Positions 26,919 to 32,041 of a stretch of DNA of 32,041 nt are shown here, piece by piece. Both the position numbers and the translations under genes were made by a program. The notes below the pieces were generated by a model. It saw nothing but the letters and a program-made list of their open reading frames with translations, made no database searches and had not been told where the DNA came from. The number at the start of each line of letters is the position of its first letter. The stretch's first letter is position 1. The DNA comes from Nitrososphaeraceae archaeon (GTDB lineage: Archaea; Thermoproteota; Nitrososphaeria; Nitrososphaerales; Nitrososphaeraceae), in assembly GCA_044870765.1 (NCBI GenBank), contig JBIOZG010000021.1, positions 1-32,041 on the forward strand. The letters are read 5' to 3'.

Positions 26919-27341
26919 ATGCTGGTATTTACAACAATAGGATTTGCTTTTGGCTTTTTTAGTCTTGCAGGTATGTTTGTATCAAGTGCATTTGCCGAAC
27001 CCAAAGTTGATATTTCTCCTACTTGCGGACCTGCTGAACCAGGATTTAATATTGTAATAAACGCAAATGGATTCAAGGGAAACAGTACTGTTGCCTATAA
27101 GTTTGTGGGGTCCGATAGCAAAATTCCACTGTATGGGTATTTTGAAACAAACAGTACGGGTGGATTTAACGACGTAACGTTTGCAGATGATCTCAAGGCA
27201 GATAAATACAAGTTGTACTTTGCTGATGATGTCAACAGTGATGGGACATTCGATATTGGTGCCAAGCGGGTATATGCGAATGTATCTATTCCATGTGAAG
27301 GAAATCAAAATAATCAAACTGGCAATATGTCCGCAAATTGA
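26919..27341 (+). CDS. Secreted Ig-like beta-sandwich protein
   Basis: Signal peptide ending AFA-E; ISPTCGP...GF...ETNSTGGF pattern; two Cys; start 26904 or 26919. Confidence 0.75.
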   Translation: MLVFTTIGFAFGFFSLAGMFVSSAFAEPKVDISPTCGPAEPGFNIVINANGFKGNSTVAYKFVGSDSKIPLYGYFETNSTGGFNDVTFADDLKADKYKLYFADDVNSDGTFDIGAKRVYANVSIPCEGNQNNQTGNMSAN

Positions 27342-27437
27342 GAGTAATCGGTGAGTTTAATTTGTATTCTATAGCCTCTCGCTAAACTTTCTAAAAACAA
27401 AAATAGTTGTTATTAATAACATTACCCAGCAGGGTTA

Positions 27438-29552
27438 GTGGGATTGATTATTATTCGTATTTTTGGCCTTCTCAATACAAAAAATTTATCCAAATTCTTC
27501 CTGGTACTCTGCTGGTCAATGTTAATCTTATCTTCATCTCAAATTAATTTTAATTCTGTCAATTTAGCTAGTGCTCAATCAGGAAGCTACCACTATAGCC
27601 CGAGTTTTACTGCTACAGGTTCCAGTTTTTTTGATGTGGCTAGTATGTCCTCATTGCAGCTATCTCAATTCAGTGTTGCAGCATGGTTTAAGACATCAGC
27701 AGACTTTGGTTCTGATGTCATGATAGTAAACAAGGGTGGTTTTGGAAGCGAGACTGCGGGACAGAATATTAACTATGGTATCTGGATGAATAGTGCTCAA
27801 AAAATAAAGGGAGGGTTTGAATCAAGCGCCGGTACAGACTACTATACCACCTCACCTAACTCATATAATGATAACCAATGGCACTATGCAGTGGTAACGT
27901 ACGGTGGTTCAACTGTCATATTGTATATAGATGGTGTTCAAGTGGCAAGCAAGTCAACTTCAGGTGCATCGCCTGACAGTGCCGGTACAAAGCCCGTAAG
28001 GGTTGCAGCCAATTCTAGAACGACCCCACCGACAAGTAATTTCTTTATAGGAGAGGTGGACGAAGTGCGAGTATGGAAAGATGACCTAACTGCAACAGAA
28101 CAGGCAAACGCATTTGCCGGTACTTCTTTTAACTCCGGTGACCAGGTTTTATATCTTGACTTTTCTGGAGGTGATGGAGGTGAATACGACTATGCACCAA
28201 GCTTTACTGCCACAGGTACCAATTATTTTGACGTGGCAAGCTCTCCTTCCTTGCAGCTCTCGCAGTTTAGTGCCGCAGCTTGGTTTAAGACATCAACAAA
28301 CTTTGCAAGTGAGTCATTTATATTAAACAAGGGAGGCATAGGCAGCGATAGCGCTGGACAGAATCAGAACTACCAAATATCCGTAACCAGCGCGGAGGTC
28401 ATAAAGGTAGGATTTGAAACAAGTACGGGCGCTGACTTTTTTGTTAGTTCCCCGAACACATACAATGATAACCAATGGCACTATGTTGTAGTAACATATG
28501 ATGGTTCGGCTAATCTCATATTATATATTGATGGTGTGCAGGTTGCTTCAAAATCAACAGGAGGCGCTTCACCTGAAACCTCTGGAACAAAACCCGTCAG
28601 AATAGGAGCTAACTCCAGAGTTACTCCACCAGGAAACTTCTTTACTGGTGAAGTTGATGAGGTACGTATATGGAATGATGATCTAACAACACAACAAGTA
28701 ACAGATGCATTTTTAGGAAATTCGTTCAATACTGCGGAACAAGTACTTTATCTTTCATTTTCGAGTGCTAATCCAGGTACTGACATTTTTGGAATTAAAA
28801 AATTGTATCCTACAAAGAGTAACGGAGAAGAATGGTATATGGACATGAATAATCCCACTGGCGACAGTAGATTTAATCCGCAAAACACAATTACAAAAAA
28901 TCCAGATGGATCTTGGAAGATGAAAGCGACACAGGTACGAATGGCAGTTTATACTTCCACTGGCTATGATGGAGATGATATCCCAACCCTTGATCATAGT
29001 TCGATAGCAACAAAGGGCTACATGTTGAGGTCAAATGATTGGAGAAATTTTGAAATGACACAATATGTTAAAGTGAATACTTCTCCAAGTGATGATAATT
29101 TTTCACCAAATGGCAGGGGCGGTAGACATACTGGCGCCGGAGCACCTGAAGGCTGCGAGGGTTCATCGATGAAGGGCGATGTGTTCTTTTCAGGTAAGGT
29201 ACGATTTGCGAAAGAACAGTGGCATGTAAGCTACGTTTTTACAAATCTCAAAACTCCAACAAGTTCGATAGAGGATAAATGGATTGGAATAAAGTTCATA
29301 GTGTATAACTTTGTAGAAAATAACAAAGTAGTAGTGAAGACGGAGCTTTGGCTTGATACAAATAACAGCGGCAATTTTGTAAAGGTTGATGAGAATGTAG
29401 ATAGAGGCGGTTGGGGGACAGAAGGGACAGAGTGCGGCGGAGCACCAGACCAGATAATAAGTTGGGGTGGTCCGATTACAACATTTAGATGGGACACGGC
29501 GACCGACGTTGATTTTAAGAATTTGAGCGTCCGAGAAATAACTGCACCTTAA
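27438..29552 (+). CDS. Secreted protein with two tandem LamG/concanavalin-like domains and a C-terminal jelly-roll-like domain
   Basis: Duplicated FS.AAWFKT...NDNQWHY.VVTY...LYIDG...F.GEVDEVR.W; C-terminal DIFGIKKLYPT domain. Confidence 0.9.
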   Translation: MGLIIIRIFGLLNTKNLSKFFLVLCWSMLILSSSQINFNSVNLASAQSGSYHYSPSFTATGSSFFDVASMSSLQLSQFSVAAWFKTSADFGSDVMIVNKGGFGSETAGQNINYGIWMNSAQKIKGGFESSAGTDYYTTSPNSYNDNQWHYAVVTYGGSTVILYIDGVQVASKSTSGASPDSAGTKPVRVAANSRTTPPTSNFFIGEVDEVRVWKDDLTATEQANAFAGTSFNSGDQVLYLDFSGGDGGEYDYAPSFTATGTNYFDVASSPSLQLSQFSAAAWFKTSTNFASESFILNKGGIGSDSAGQNQNYQISVTSAEVIKVGFETSTGADFFVSSPNTYNDNQWHYVVVTYDGSANLILYIDGVQVASKSTGGASPETSGTKPVRIGANSRVTPPGNFFTGEVDEVRIWNDDLTTQQVTDAFLGNSFNTAEQVLYLSFSSANPGTDIFGIKKLYPTKSNGEEWYMDMNNPTGDSRFNPQNTITKNPDGSWKMKATQVRMAVYTSTGYDGDDIPTLDHSSIATKGYMLRSNDWRNFEMTQYVKVNTSPSDDNFSPNGRGGRHTGAGAPEGCEGSSMKGDVFFSGKVRFAKEQWHVSYVFTNLKTPTSSIEDKWIGIKFIVYNFVENNKVVVKTELWLDTNNSGNFVKVDENVDRGGWGTEGTECGGAPDQIISWGGPITTFRWDTATDVDFKNLSVREITAP

Positions 29553-29759
29553 GACTTTATTTTTCTCGTATAAGGATTTTTCAAAACTCAACCACTTAAA
29601 TAAGTTACATTAATTGCACAGAATAAATCGGCGGAAGCACCAATATTTTGACACTCTAATAATATCTTTTTTCTCCCAAGATTATTTTATTATAAAAATA
29701 TTACTTTGTTTCAAGATTAATTACTTTTTATTATAGAACATACAAAAGTTATACGACAT

Positions 29760-31283
29760 TTGTCATTTCAAGCGTTCAAATATCACCTGAATCTGCGCAA
29801 AAAAGAATGGTTGCTTTTATTAGTGATAATTCTTGGCGCATCCTTTGTCCGATTGTGGGACCTTGGTGCTAATGGATTTAATAATGATGAGTCAATCTAT
29901 GGTGGGCAGGCAGCAAGTTTAGCAGGATACGAAGAATTTGAAAAACATTTCTCGATATATCGAGCTCATCCTCTTCTTTTGCAATTTATGGTATCGATAA
30001 TTTTCGGTAGTTTTGGCGTACTTGATAACGTTGCAAGAGTGGTTCCCGCAGTGTTGGGTATCCTTACAGTCCTAGTTACCTACTTGATAGGAAAACAATT
30101 GTATGACACAAAAGTTGCTTTGATTGCAGCGCTGGTTTTAGCGTTTCTGCCGTATCATGTCATACTTTCAAGACAGGTACTGTTGGACGTATCATTGACA
30201 TTCTTCTTTACATTGACACTTTATTTTCTAGTTCGCTATTTAAAGAGGCCACAGGATATTCAGTGGTTATTTTTAGTGGGTGTGTCAGCAGGCCTTACTT
30301 TTTTATCAAAAGAGGTCGGAATATTTGCACTCATTGTTTCTATTGTGTCTTTATTTCTTACAAAGAGCTTTACTTTAAGAAGGATAGGTGTCATTGTTTC
30401 AGCGTTTCTCTTTGCGACATCGCCGTTTTGGCTTCCAATCCTGACTGTGCCTCAAGCCTATGACGCTGCACTTGCTTATTGGAATTGGCAGACAAGCAGA
30501 GATCAAAACCAGTCAGCAGACTTTTATTTTGGCCTGATATGGCAGGAGGCACTGGGATATGTTCTTACAGGCCTTTTTGTCTTTTCCATTGTTTACGCCG
30601 TCAAAACGGGTGCCATAAAGGAGCCCAGAGTATTCACGCTTATGCTTTGGATAGGAATCCCATTAGTAATATTTCAATTCCTTACTGTGAAAGGATACGC
30701 ATTCTTATTACCAATAATCCCTCCTTTTGTTCTTTTAGGAGTATCATTTCTGTTTAGCGATTGGATGAAGAAAGTTCCTCATTATAGAATCCTTGTAATA
30801 ATAATTGTTCCGCTCATTTTTGTATTTGTGGGTCCGATGCTACACTACATATTTCAGCTACCGCCGATTCATCTAGTAGGATCAGAAGGAGAACCTTACT
30901 CGAGGGCAAGCGCTTTATGGATTAAAGATAATCTTCCACAAGGAGTATTTTTAACACTAGACACTCGAACAGCAAATGTCATAAAGTTTTATTCCAATAA
31001 TGACGCAGTTGCACTGCATTCAAACAACAATCCGGCATACACGCAAATAGTAAATCCCGACCTACCAATTTTGAATGGAAAAATAAACTATCTAGTCTAC
31101 GAAGCATTTCTTGCTGACCAATTACCTTATCTTAAACAGGAGGCCAAAGAATTAAACCAGCTAGTTATCAAGTACAATGCAGTTCCTGTTCATATTGAAT
31201 ATGAATCTGTGGATGGTAAAAAGACAACAAAACCAGTCTTGATAATTTATGCATTGAACGCTCCCAATAAATCAGTTGAATGA
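29760..31283 (+). CDS. GT-C glycosyltransferase (GT39 PMT / ArnT-like)
   Basis: FNNDESIY, HPLL, SRQVLLD and GLTFLSKE motifs; many TM helices. Confidence 0.88.
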   Translation: MSFQAFKYHLNLRKKEWLLLLVIILGASFVRLWDLGANGFNNDESIYGGQAASLAGYEEFEKHFSIYRAHPLLLQFMVSIIFGSFGVLDNVARVVPAVLGILTVLVTYLIGKQLYDTKVALIAALVLAFLPYHVILSRQVLLDVSLTFFFTLTLYFLVRYLKRPQDIQWLFLVGVSAGLTFLSKEVGIFALIVSIVSLFLTKSFTLRRIGVIVSAFLFATSPFWLPILTVPQAYDAALAYWNWQTSRDQNQSADFYFGLIWQEALGYVLTGLFVFSIVYAVKTGAIKEPRVFTLMLWIGIPLVIFQFLTVKGYAFLLPIIPPFVLLGVSFLFSDWMKKVPHYRILVIIIVPLIFVFVGPMLHYIFQLPPIHLVGSEGEPYSRASALWIKDNLPQGVFLTLDTRTANVIKFYSNNDAVALHSNNNPAYTQIVNPDLPILNGKINYLVYEAFLADQLPYLKQEAKELNQLVIKYNAVPVHIEYESVDGKKTTKPVLIIYALNAPNKSVE

Positions 31284-32041
31284 CAATGGATACTATTAAC
31301 AGTAGCGCTTCTAACAATCTTCATTTTGGTACTATTCTCTTGTCACTGACTGTGCTTACTGTTGTCATATATCTTTTGATTGCACATTATATCATGGTAG
31401 CCTACGGTATAGCTGACTCTGATCTGAAATCCAATACTCCAATCAAGCATGTTATAGTCATATCACAAGGAAAGAGGAGTTTTGATAATTATTTTGGAAC
31501 ATTCCCTGGTGCCAATGGACTTCCCCCTAACACAGCAATTCCCTTAAATCCTTTTCCTCAACCCGTTACAAAGTTTACTGTTTCGATATGGTTCAATACG
31601 AACAATTCTCTACCAAAAACCGGATTTTTGATAAATAAAGGCGGTATTGGAATTGACACTCCGGGGAAAAATTTGAATTATGGAATCTGGATGAATGCTA
31701 AGGGCAATATTATAGCGGGATTTGAAACCAAAAACGGCACTGACTATCAAGTAAGCTCAAATGGTACTTTTAACGACGGAACCTGGCACAACGCTATAGT
31801 TACCTATGATGGGAACTCTGTGATGAGTCTATTTTTGGACGGTGTGCTGGCAGATGAGGCTCCTACTGCTGGTGCCATTCCTGACACCAGTGATATCCTC
31901 CCGATAAGAATCGGAGCTAACTCGCTCAAACCAGAGGATTTCTTTGCCGGTTATATTGATGAGATAAGAATCTGGAGCAGAGCATTGCAATATCCAGAAA
32001 TCTTAAAGACCTATAATAATACAGTTGATACAACGGGGCAA
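31280..32041 (+). CDS. Phosphoesterase (phospholipase C / AcpA family) protein with an inserted LamG domain, 3' truncated by window end
   Basis: ATGA overlap with the upstream stop; TM helix, TPIKHVIVISQGKRSFDNYFGTFPGANG, then FTVSIWF...NKGGIG...WHNAIVTYDG...IDEIRIW. Confidence 0.88.
   Translation, partial: MTMDTINSSASNNLHFGTILLSLTVLTVVIYLLIAHYIMVAYGIADSDLKSNTPIKHVIVISQGKRSFDNYFGTFPGANGLPPNTAIPLNPFPQPVTKFTVSIWFNTNNSLPKTGFLINKGGIGIDTPGKNLNYGIWMNAKGNIIAGFETKNGTDYQVSSNGTFNDGTWHNAIVTYDGNSVMSLFLDGVLADEAPTAGAIPDTSDILPIRIGANSLKPEDFFAGYIDEIRIWSRALQYPEILKTYNNTVDTTGQ

Overview
AT-rich (roughly one-third GC by eye) archaeal chromosomal segment whose gene content fits a soil ammonia-oxidising archaeon (Nitrososphaeraceae; inferred from protein families, not from a marker gene). 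Left part (0.5-10 kb): stress and proteostasis genes (archaemetzincin, a thermosome paralogue with an altered GDGT motif, a Rieske-flavoprotein fusion, receiver/MEDS signalling proteins, ChaB, Hsp20). Middle (10-25 kb): an accessory patchwork of secreted proteins, metal-binding microproteins too short for the ORF track, truncated or internally deleted pseudogenes, dispersed repeats and an HTH/AAA+ module. Right end: a cell-surface locus (LamG protein, GT39-type glycosyltransferase, phosphoesterase-LamG fusion running off the window). The most striking unexplained signal is a dispersed family of about 67-nt intergenic hairpins (5596-5663, 11060-11126, 21491-21558). They share a CUGAUGGG/CCCAUCA-type basal stem and an invariant apical loop sequence UCUUGUUCAU, which is the exact complement of the start-codon region (AUG AAC AAG A) of a secreted-protein gene in the same window. 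Several more hairpins have the same basal stem but different interiors. No tRNA, rRNA, CRISPR array, transposase or integrase was recognised.
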